This document shows, piece by piece, positions 1 to 12,000 of a stretch of 64,000 nt of DNA. Position 1 is the first letter of the stretch. Each line of letters starts with the position of its first letter. The position numbers and the translations under genes were made by a program. The notes beneath the pieces were generated by a model that had not been told where the DNA came from, did not search any database, and saw only the letters and a program-made list of their open reading frames with translations. Origin of the DNA: Tubiluchus corallicola (lineage: Eukaryota; Animalia; Priapulida); NCBI GenBank assembly GCA_030141605.1, contig JAQGDQ010000252.1, positions 62,001 to 126,000 on the forward strand. Direction: 5' to 3'.

Positions 1-3000
1 ATGGCGGGGGTCGGGCTAGGTTGGCTGACTGCACAACTTCATTTGTAGGCATGAAGCCCGGAATGTTACGAGCAAATTCTTCATACACTGCAATCTGCCC
101 AGCCGTGACTCCACCCACCTAATAGAAAAAACACAAGGGTAATACATTTAAATCAAATATATAAATAACCGCAAAATGCATTTATTTTAGGTAAATAGCT
201 AGTAGCGAAGCAATACAAATTCACACTAGCAAGTCCACTTCCTGATTTTTCGCCTAATATCTTATTTATGGCCATGAAACAGCACTTGAGCTTGCCTCAC
301 AAACGTAAGTAGTAGGTAACTTTCCAAAGTTGTTGTCTGTATTCAAAAGAGAAAGAAAGTTAGACATAAAATATCACAAACCTTCATATGAATTTTCTCC
401 GGCATTCTTTCAGCCTGATACGTCAGCACAATAGGATCACAGTAACGACGCCCCTCATTCCGTGCCTGCTTTCGCAGCTCAAATTCATTCTGAAGTCTCT
501 TGTCCATCTCAGGAATGGCTTTCTCAACTGCTGATTTCTGAATAAAGCTGCAAGCTAGCTCCACGTTGTCGCCGGCAACCATCTGGGCAGTTTGCTCGAT
601 AACTTCCTTCTGTACTTGCGTGGAACTCGACTAAAAAGCAAAGAATTTTTTCACAACAATTTAACATTGACGATAACATAACCTATGCTAAGATTTTTCT
701 TGAAACTGTGAGTAATACAATTTCATATCCTTATAACTAAAGTACCGATGAAAACTGTTTCAACTATCTAGAATTTCCGCATGCATTGTTGTGCAATGTT
801 TATGATGAACTAAGTTAGAAAATCCACAAAAAGTTTGGCATGCACATTTCTTTAAAATACAAACTGCTACTACATGCCTTTGTGTGTTCAAAATTGATTT
901 GATTATGAATTTATACGTGTTAACCCATAATATGCGGAAATACATCCGTTCCTAAAATTAACAAACATGCTTGCACATGACAGAAATCTATCTGATGTGA
1001 TAGAAACATAGATGTACCCCTTTAAAGCTTTGTTTGGCATACTAGTTTGTGTAAGATGACAGCACACTACATGAACAGATGGACAGTATAAACTTAGCAG
1101 CATGGATAGGTGGAAACTGTCATATATAACGATAAAAATAGCCATACATACTCTAAGTGCTAAACCAAACTGGCTTTTTAGATTGTTGCCAATGCTGATC
1201 AACAAAGGCTCTCTGCATGTGATCATTGCCATGCCCGCTGTCATGTAAGCAACCATGTGCTGTGCTGCTGCACGCATACGCGTCTGTTCATGATCCAGTG
1301 CAAAATCCTATAAAGAAAAGATCTTAAACGCTTTAATCTACGTATACACACTTTTAGAGAAAGCTATTTTGAAAAAACAAGTTTTGCTTATCACAAGACC
1401 AATGACAAATATAATTTGTAGTTGTTCTCGATGATAAATTTTTCATAAAATCAATCAGGTGGCTTGCTAGAAGTCACTCATAAAATGTTTACAGAGTCAA
1501 ATTTAGCTGTAAGGTTTTCTGCTTTAACGCAACTATAATGGGATGAAAACAGTCGCATAAACTTTGCAATGTAATTTTCAAGCACTCAAAATGGAAGATA
1601 AACACGTGGACCAAAATAAAGCAAATGCAGCAAAGGACCCTCGCCTGATACAAAACAAATTTGAAATGTATATATCACTAATAACATATTGATCTAAGCA
1701 AAATCTTGCAAACCTTTTTAACTATCTGCTCGCACGTGGTCAATGCAATTTTGATGGATCTTTCTACTACAGGGTGAAGCAGTTCTTGTACGGCACGTTC
1801 CACAGCGGGACGTACAAACTGCTTCAGCTGCGGATGAGCTTGAAACAATGGCAGCTGTAAAAAGTTAAAAACAATAATAGCTGTAAGCTTGAAACAATGG
1901 CAGCTGTAAAAAGTTAAAAACAATAATAGCTGCAAAGAGTTGCATCATTAAGTACGATAAAAAAATTGCAAACCGCTATCCGCAGTTAGATGATTAAACT
2001 AACCTAACTAAATGAAAACTATAAAACGATTAGATGGAAATTTTACGTTCATTTAATCATAATAAAATGTAATTCACCTGACTATTCACTGAAATGTGAG
2101 GTGCAAGACCGCCCAAGGTAGCAGTGCTGATGTCATGGAAAGCAAATTTTGGAGTCGGCAGTGTCGGCACAGGAGCCGTAGTTGTGGCCGGTGTAGCAGT
2201 GGCAGTAGTAACGGATGTAGGTATCGCTGAAACAGGAGGGCGTGCAATCATAGCCATGTCCATACCAACGGGCTCCTCTCTAGGTTTGGGAACAGATAGT
2301 TGTAGTTCAAGTTTTTCAAGACGCCGAGGATCCTTCAGTAAAGTTCCAGGCTTTAGTTCCTACAGTTTAGACATCATTACCAAAAATGAAATAAGGTTCA
2401 GTGCAGAAACTATACAGGAAAAAAATCAATCATCAATAATTTATTCAATGGCCATGGTACAGTTGTGCCATTAATACAAAGTAATACGAATCTTATGAGT
2501 ATTGAGCAGTTGTTTATACAAAAAAAATTAATATGAGATGGCACACAACTTTATGCTAGCAGGAACAGAAAAACTTATAATGGTACTGAACAATTCGTTG
2601 CATCAAAGTATTGCCTAAATAATAGTGAATCTATCATGCCCTCAATTTTAGTGCGGAAGCCTTGTTCATCTCGCACGGCTTGCAATCTTGAAGAGTATGA
2701 TCTGAAAACTCTGTGATTATTTTTTCCAATTAAACTGAATAGCCTAGAAATTCACTAATCATTAAAGGAAGACCGGACGATCGTTTAGACGCAATCTCAT
2801 TTTTAAATTTACTGTCCAAAATATACATTTTCTTGCCTATAAAAGTTAACAATTGTTCCTTATATTTGAATAATTAGCTTACAAAGTTAATTAACGGCAA
2901 CCAACACAGCTATTGCTTACGTCAGAAATTAACCACAGTTTGTGCAATGGCAGGCGTCTTCCCTTGCGCATCAAGCACATTTGCATAGGTGTTACAGTAC

Positions 3001-6000
3001 TGCTTAAACGCACGATGTCACGAAAAATGGGCTTTACATCATATGACGCCACGAAACTAACATAGCAGTTCATGATCATGGTTATCCTTCTTCTATTTGC
3101 CACCTATTTCTTCTATGACCGCCTTCTATTTGTCGGCCACGTGCACGTGATAAAAATGCGCCTCTACCAACCTTAGTAGATTCACTGAGCCGCGCGCAGC
3201 TTTGAAAGTTTAACGAAATTTGAGTTTCCGAGGTTTTAATTATTTAATCTAAGCTTTGATTTAAAATAAGCTATTGTAGTTTTCAAGATTTAAGAGCATT
3301 CTTTATTTTGAACTCGTGTTTACAGAATCATCCGGTTTTCATTTAAGCCCACCAAATACAACCGAATTATCTTAAAGATTAGAGCTTGTAAGACGTGTGG
3401 GAAGATCTCGAGTTCTTCTAGTCACCACTAAAAAAATACCTTCAAGATTGCAGGCTGTGCAAGATGTATGAGGTTTCCATACTAAATTTCGAAGGCATGA
3501 TTGATTTGCTATTATTTGACTATACGTTGATATAATAAATTGTTCTATATTACTACTCATTGTTTTTGTACCCGCCTTACAAAAGGTCATGCACCACCAC
3601 ATAATTTCTCCTCAACGTATATTTAAAAAGGCTGAAAACTGGTAAAATAATGCTAAATTTATCATTAGGGTGACTTAATGAGTGCGTTAATTGAATAAAA
3701 TTATAGAATAACGTACGCTAATTTCCAAATCTAAGGTTTTGCAAAGGACTTCGATCTCAAATTTGAGGTTCAGCTTCAGATCAGGTTCTTGGTGCAATTC
3801 GGCAAGGACACGCATGATTCCCAAGGTCCATGGATTTGGTGGTTTGAAAACCTTGAAACCAAATTTCAACTTTCTTTAACTTTTCTAAATCTTACCATAG
3901 TGCCAAAACAGTCATTTGAAATTAATGACCAAAATCCAATATTTGAATGCATAGTGCAATTTTTGACAAGTAAAGAATACGAAATAAAAAATTCCAGTTA
4001 AATTGAATACATTGACAAAACTCATATTCTATATACAAGCATTATTTTCTATATGCAGACAAGCATGTTCAAACACACACACAACATATAACTTTAGAAT
4101 GCATAGTTTATTATGAATAGTGGTTTATGAACATTCTGGCATTTATAGTTGTAATCTAGCTAATAACGTTAAATTTAGTACCTTGCTTTTTGCACACGAC
4201 TCTAAAACTTTGGCAACAAATGGTACAACGTACAGCAACTCCTGCTGACCTTTAAAGTATGCTTCGAGGATGAGAGATTTAATGTCGATGTCCTAAAAAA
4301 TGCAGTATGTAAAATGCAGTATGTAAAAATGTCGACAAACTACAAAGTGATCGCACTTACCTATATAAAAGAAACTGTAAAATGCAAAATCAGTTCTTTT
4401 ACTCTGCAGTATTTTAAGTTAAAAGAAGTAGTAGCAAACTGTATTTTGACAAATTCGAGAATCTACATAATAGATAATTTATTTGCTGAAGTATTCATAC
4501 CAGTTGGAGTATCGGTTTGTTTTTAGCAAGTGTCAGCATTCCTAGCCAGTGCCCCAAGTTCTTTAGCAACGATCTGTCGGAAAAGTTGGCTATGCCTTTA
4601 TCACTACTAAGCAACACCTGAAACACAAGGCTAATTACACTAAATTGTACAACAAATGAAGGGCTGCAAATGCAAACTTTATAAAGATCCAAGAAATTAC
4701 GATAAAAAATATCGCAAATTTTGCGAAGTTCGTCACCGATATCAAACATTTCGACAATTTTCTACGGCTTTCAAAAGACTGTTAACAACCTACCTTGATA
4801 TTACGAAACGATTCCCTGATAACCATGTCAGTAAATTTAGGCCATTTTAGGGAGTCCAGAAAGTTCGAATACAGCAGATGAAAGTTAGGCTCAATGCTGG
4901 CTCTCTTCATAACTAAATATTGAGAGACCCACTGTATGTGCTCCTCCAGTATCACCTCTTTCAATTCACCGGTCTAAAGATCACAGTAGAAATCATCTTA
5001 ATATGAACTGCTAACACTTTAATTCGGCTAATCATATAGCTGCCATAATGGCAACCAAACTGCATTTTTTGTTTCAACAGCAACCAAGTTCTTACCACAG
5101 ATTACTATTAGCACTTGACAAATTTAACAGTAAACTGATTTTAACTAAAAAAATCTTATTGTATTTCCAGTTATAGTTGATAAATATTCGTTTACGAGTG
5201 ACATGAACTGCTGAACTTAAAAATAATTTCTGTAGTATTTTATTGCAGTGTGGAGTAACAAATCAGTTAAAATCTAAACATTACAGTAAACACATACCTT
5301 TGACTGCAGATTGCTTTGCGACAAATTGTTGAAAATGAAGAAGATCTTGTCTTGAATACTTTCACCGGGTGCAGCAGCCTGATCATCCTTCTCGGTTGCC
5401 ACAAGAAGTGTGTCGATGTTTGTTGTGGCAATGGACGGCTTTGCAGAGACAACTTTGGCAGGGGCAGTCGAAGCAGGCGCACTCGTGGTAACCGGCTTCA
5501 CCGCTGGAGCAGGTGGAGCAGAAGTGGTGGCTAGGGTTGATGCAGTAACCGTGGAAACAGGAGATGCAACCGCCCTTGTCACTGGTGGCTCCTGAGACCT
5601 GGTGCCATACTGTATGTACTAGATGAGGAAGCAAACATGTACAGTTATGAAAGTCACTTACACTTAAGCATACACAAAAAACCCAAGAAAGAAGGAAGTG
5701 AGTTTCAATACCCAAAACGCAATTTTGGACTTGAAAAATTTAATGTTTGGCGAATGCTGATATTTCTGCATTTTACAAATTCAAAAAGGATCAGATAATT
5801 AGTAAAATAACCTTTCACAAAAGTTTAAAAAAGAAAAATGAATGAGGACGTTCATTGAGTTACATACCTCAATTATATGAGCCGGAAATTCACTGAAGTG
5901 TGGAATAACAGCCAGATGTTGACAATATTGTGGATACTCTTTTAACCTATGATATGATAAAGTTGATTGAATATTAATATAAACAGTATCAAATTGAAGC

Positions 6001-9000
6001 CTTTACAGTAAATTTGCTGTAAAGCATAAAATTAGTGCATTCTGGAAATGTTTGTGAATTTTGCAAGAAGAGCCAGACGCATAAATCATACTAATTTTTA
6101 TAATGCTACTGACTCTTTTGGTTTTATGTGTTGGTAGTAGACATTGTTTATAAACCATAAACTACTATATAATGCTAGCACTAAGTTAGCTGAGTGGAAT
6201 GTGTTAATACACGTTTTAGTGATTAGATAATGAAAAGCACCGCCTGTGCCTATCACTTCTTAACACTATGACTCAATCTACTAAATGTAGTATATTACTC
6301 CCAACCAATCCGATAACAGATGCTGACCATTGTATATGTTTTTACCTCGCACTAGTAAATACACGCAATAATATCATTAATGATACTTGGCAATGTGCCT
6401 TATTGTGTAACTATCCCATAAATTTTCTAATATGCGCAATTTGGTTAGAATGGTGGGTCACGAAGATATGACTTCGTGAACAAGGCCTTGATGCTCAGTT
6501 TGCAAAAATTTAGCTTGTATTTTATTCCAGTTTACACTATACCATCGCATATCAGCAATAATGAACAATTAAAGTGAAATGCAAGACTGTTAAAGATATT
6601 AACTTTCACTACACTCATAAAACTACAATTATTTATACCTTGATTTAAATCTGTCCACTGCAGTAATGCCAAACACATACATCTTGCTTCCACGAGGTTT
6701 GCGCAAAGCCTCCAGTACGTAGCGCAGAGCAATGCCTAACAGCGCCATCTGACTAAAAGTTTGAGAAACAATATCAAAATTCAAAGTTTACACACTTTAC
6801 TATATGCCATCAACATTAATATTATTACTAGCAAAGGCCCCGCAAAAGATTTTGCGTATAAATACACGTGTAATCAATAATACGCGAACATCCTACCTAG
6901 TCCACATTTATAACACAAAGCCCGTAACATCGTGTCTACTGTTTGTTTACTTTGCCTGTAGCAGCTTTTTGCTGAATTAAAGCTATAAGATTATAGACAG
7001 AATAGAATGGATGACGTCACAACAATGCCTTTGCGTCAGCAGTTTTCTAAGTGAAAATTGCCGAAAATAGAACTCCTAACTAACTCGTTGATACTCCTCT
7101 CGGTGGACCTGCCCTAAAATATATCCCACATCATCGTGTAGCCCCGTCCTTCCTCTTTGTAAAGAGCTATATATCTCTTTCCGAGAGTCCCACCGGGCGC
7201 CGCTAGAACGTTTTTCCCGCAGGCTGTTTGGTCAAAATTTCGAAAAAATCGCGAGTTGGGTCCGCGAAAACGCCCGTTGCGGGGCGCCGTGGCCCTCTCG
7301 CGAATTCTAAATAGGCCTATGACACCCATCGCTGAACGGGCTAGCTATCCATACCCAGCACCACCCTCGGCCCATTCCCGTTCTCTACATCTCAGCCGTA
7401 TAACTTTTGCAAAAAACGGCCGAAAAATGGCCATTTTTGGAGGTTTTTCGCCTCCCCTTCCTCGCTGTGGGCCCAATTCGAAAAATAAACCATCAATGAG
7501 AAGACACTAGATCGAGACCTTTCGTTTGATGTATAAATCGCCGCAAATCGTGCCCTCGTCCGGGCTGTAGCCTCGAATCTTATATATAAATAAATATATA
7601 TATATATATATTAAGATACCAAGAATATTAATATAAGAGATGATATGAACTACATTTCCAATTCAGGAATATTCATGTACATACGTTACTAGGCCATGTT
7701 CAATAATGCCTCCAAATAAGCTGGCTGTGATCTGCAGCTCCCTATCCGGATACTGGGGGAAGAATCTGTATTCCTCAAACAGGTTTCGCAGCATACAGTT
7801 AAAAACATCCTAAAAGTGAGTGTGAGAATTAACGCTAAAATCTTTTTTAAACACCAAACCTGTTGCGCTTACTACAACTTTAACACCAATCCGTCGATGA
7901 CTTTAGGTAACAGCTTCAGCACTGACTGTATGCGTACTCCTCCTATGAGCAATATTTAAAATAACAGTTTCAAATTCTGAAAACTAATAAAAAGCGGAGA
8001 GTTCCATTCGGCTTGTGACACTGCGCATGTAAAAATATTTGGTTAAGGTTAGTCCAATGGAGCAATGGCAGAAAACAATACACAACAATAAATGTGTTTA
8101 GTGAGTGAGTGCCAAACTTCCAGGACAATAAAAAAAGTAATATGGTGGCTGCTTATGGTTTTTGGGGACAGTCACATTTTACCATTTGTTAACATACAAG
8201 TATAACATGCGTGTAGATAGTAGACACAAAGAAAGAAAGGCCTGCGACAATGAGAGCTTCACAAAATTAGACTGACCTGTATTACAATAAAAATTATTTT
8301 CAACACACTTAGTTCAAAGCAACATCATTCAATCTGTCTTTCCATGTAGATTTGCTAACTTCTTACTTTGCCAGTAGGGTCATCTAGTGGCAGTTTCCTC
8401 TTTGCTGGTTTGATAAGTTTGAGATCAATTGTAACACGGTAAATACTTAGAGAATAAGTTATTCCAGAAACATGTGTTTCTAAGTTTTCTAGACGACATT
8501 ATGAACTTCTTTAAAAGATGCAGTTGATATCCTGAGATTTGACTATCTGAATTAAAACGAAGTATAAAGTGCTCCAAGAATCTGAGACATGGTGGACAGC
8601 GCAAAAAAGTTACAATCCCTAGTTGTCGATCCATGTCAATAACACAAAAAATGCCAAGTCTATCAATCCTTCTTTACACGTGGTGACCACATTAACAGGT
8701 GCGGTAGCAAAGTAACTTGAGACAACCAAGAAATTTGCTTACCCGTTCCTTCTTGATGATAGAGTCCTTGAATTTTTTCAGCATTTCTAACACCTCGTCA
8801 ATTCCCATTGTGTGATGAGGTGGATGATTGTAAATACGCTGAAAGTACGTGTTGGCTTCATCCTCGACCTCCTTCGAGAAAGTCTGACTCATCTCACTGG
8901 AAAGAGTAGCAGCCATTTCCCCAGTTACACCAGCAGGCGGGGTAACTGTAAATAGACAAAAATCTTGATAATAAAATCTTTCTAAATAATGATCGCTTAA

Positions 9001-12000
9001 AATTTAGCACGTAAGACACTTGCAAGACCTTTACATTTCTTTTACGAAGCACGGGACTGCAAATAGTGCCATTACACGCTTGTGGTAGCTTGTAACTCCA
9101 GGCGGCAAACAAAAGATCACTTGGCAACCTATTGTTCGAGCTAAGCTGTAGGTTGCTGCTGCGTCAAATTTTAAAATTTTCTTTTACAAATATCATTAGC
9201 ACACAAAAAAAATCCATGTTCAACAATTGCATAAATAACATATTCCTGTTGGATATTTCTTAGATCATTTGAAGATATTGGCCATTTTTGCTTAACGATT
9301 CAGATAATTTGGCCATTTCAGAAAAATCTCCCACTACCTCATGAAAAATGCTTCATTTACGGTACAATCAGCTTAAAACACTTGATAAATTTTCTCAAAA
9401 CACATAAAAAAGTGACAATTACAAAGTTTAAGTACCCCTCTCAATAGATCAATTGGTTGTCTTTACCTGCAAATACACATTGTAATGAAATCAACAGATA
9501 TTTTGTGTAGAAATTGAAATTTCCCAATTGCACTATTTGCAGCCACATAAGCAATAAGTGAAAAATCTTTATATGTACCTTCCCGCAGTCGTTCAGCATT
9601 GGCAGCTTGAAGAAACGCATTTTTGGCGCTGATGCTATTCAGACCCCCTGATATCATTGATGAAGCATTTAGGCCAGAAGATAATGATCCAGCACCAGAA
9701 AACGAAGCAGCACCTACAAATGAAATAAAAACTGTAAATTTCATGTTTATCGGCAAAAAATCACTAACGTTAGCATTAAATTTGTCATAACCCTTTTATG
9801 TATCAAAATTTTCTTAATAAGACAAAAGTCTTTCAAATGCCATTCTTCTCGTAAATCTGGCCTTTTTGTGTGATAATTGTTCTTTATATTTATATATAAT
9901 AAAATTATTGACTTGTAAAACTGAATGCCAATGTTGTGTATAACTAGGCAAAATCATCAAAATAAATTCTCTCCCAAATATTATTTATATCAGGTGTTGA
10001 AAGCCATGTAGGCGAAAATAAAAAAATGTCCTACAAATACGAATGAACTATTACATCTTACACAAAATCGTGTGTATATTCATTTTAATGAAGAATAATT
10101 TTACTACCTGGTAGTTGGGTACCGATACTAGGCATAGAAGGCAGTCCAGACAATACGCTCTGAGTTGGCAGACTAGGAAACACCTGTTTACCGGGAGACC
10201 CGGGAGTACTGGAAAATGGAGACGTGAGAGCGCTGGGAAATGGCAAGCTGCTACTGACGCTGGACATACTCGATCCTCCCAAACTCAGCGAGCTCATGCT
10301 GCCTCCTAGGCCAGCTAGGGGGTCCACCTGCAGATTAATAATGATTAGGAACTTGTAAAGTTCAGGTATGCAGTGGATACTTTTCACAATGTAAATTAAT
10401 CGTACTCAGCTTTGCTCATTTCACAAAATTTTGTGTTGAACAAAATAAATTTTCGTAAGTTAATCCTTTGGTGTTCTGCTTTACTCGTACTTAGAATATG
10501 CCTCTGCAAAAAGTGACTACATTTTCACCATCTACCTGTACCTTGACAAATTCTAGTTAAACTGTTCATGCATTGTTAGGTATTAAACGGCACAACAATT
10601 TTGTAGGAAAAGCTTCTCATCCCTTTTTTTGCAATAACACTCTAAGCAAACAAGAAAATGAACACAAGTCATATATATAATCCCATGAATGCTTAAGTAA
10701 TTGGGCATATACACTAGCATGCAGATAATCTCACTCACTGAGCTACTGATTGCAGCAGGATTGTAAGCAGGTTCTAAACCACGTGAGCTCTTTATGACAC
10801 CTGGTGGTGGTTGCCTTGGTTTGTTTAACAACATGTTGCAATTTGCTACCATTGTTAAAATGATCTCAGACGTTTCTTGATTAACATTCCTATGGTAAAG
10901 AATTACACAAATTATTACTAGAAAAGACACAAAAACAGGCAAGAAAATACAAATGAACCACGACAAATGCAACCATCAGCAAAAACAAGAATAATGTGAA
11001 GTTAAAATCAACATTTACTGTCGGTACGTCTGCTGACGGTAGTTAAACAACAATTATCAGAGTGTGGATCTATACCTAACCACATACAATCCACATATAC
11101 ATAGTTGCGCCGGGTCAAAACAAGATTCAGGTTAAAAATTCTAAGCATACAAATTGATGAGTCCGACACAAGTTATGTAAGATAAAAAAACAGAAATATA
11201 ATTTTACAAGCTTGAGCTATCTTTTATAATACACGTAGAAGAAGTAAAATATATACAGTAGTAGTAGCTTAATAAAACCAGCTGCATTTTAGAACCATTC
11301 AAGCATGGTCTGAATTGGAATTACCACCCAGAAACTATTGTTAAGAAAATTTGGTAAATCAAATCAGTAAGCCATTTAATAAAATCGCAGTTTTCAGCAA
11401 CAGGAGACAAAAGCAACAGCAAAATGAAAAAATAAAAAGGTATTTTTGGTAGTTTATCATCACGTACGATAAGCCGTTTTTCGTCAACCAGTTTCCTCAA
11501 AGCTCAATCTCAGAAAAGTGACCAAACATGCATGAATTCATTGCACAATAGTGAACTTTAAACCAACAATGTCAATATATAGGTTCAGATGTTGTTCAAA
11601 TCCTCAACCATCCACAAGCTTCAAACAGTACAATATAAAAACTTATTAATAAATTGTGAATTTACTCGTGAGTACGTTTTGTAACATATTTATATGCAAG
11701 GTTCAACTGTATCCAACTGTCTATACTTACACAGCACAAGCCTGAAGGCAGGCCAGCATTGTACCTAATGTCTCTGGTGGCAGCTGAGCATTCTTGGGCA
11801 AGCTATCTTCCTTCATGGGACCACCGGTTATTGATGGACATCTGCGCTTCAGAAACGTCACGCAAGCCTGCACAAACTGTTCCTAAAATTGCAAAAATAA
11901 ATGACGCCACAAAAGTTAGCTAATATATTCTCAAGCACAATCAAAATATTATTTCCGAGTTAAATTTCTACCAAAAAAGAATTCAGCTCGCTATATTTTA

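Noticed and set aside
7114-7510. GC-rich ORFs on both strands as a nested gene
   Set aside because: They lie inside the non-autonomous Helitron and show no recognisable protein motif.
11390-11465. C/D box snoRNA candidate (GTGATGA…CTGA on the minus strand)
   Set aside because: The interior is low-complexity and U-rich, the terminal stem is weak, and there is no recognisable rRNA guide or C'/D' box.
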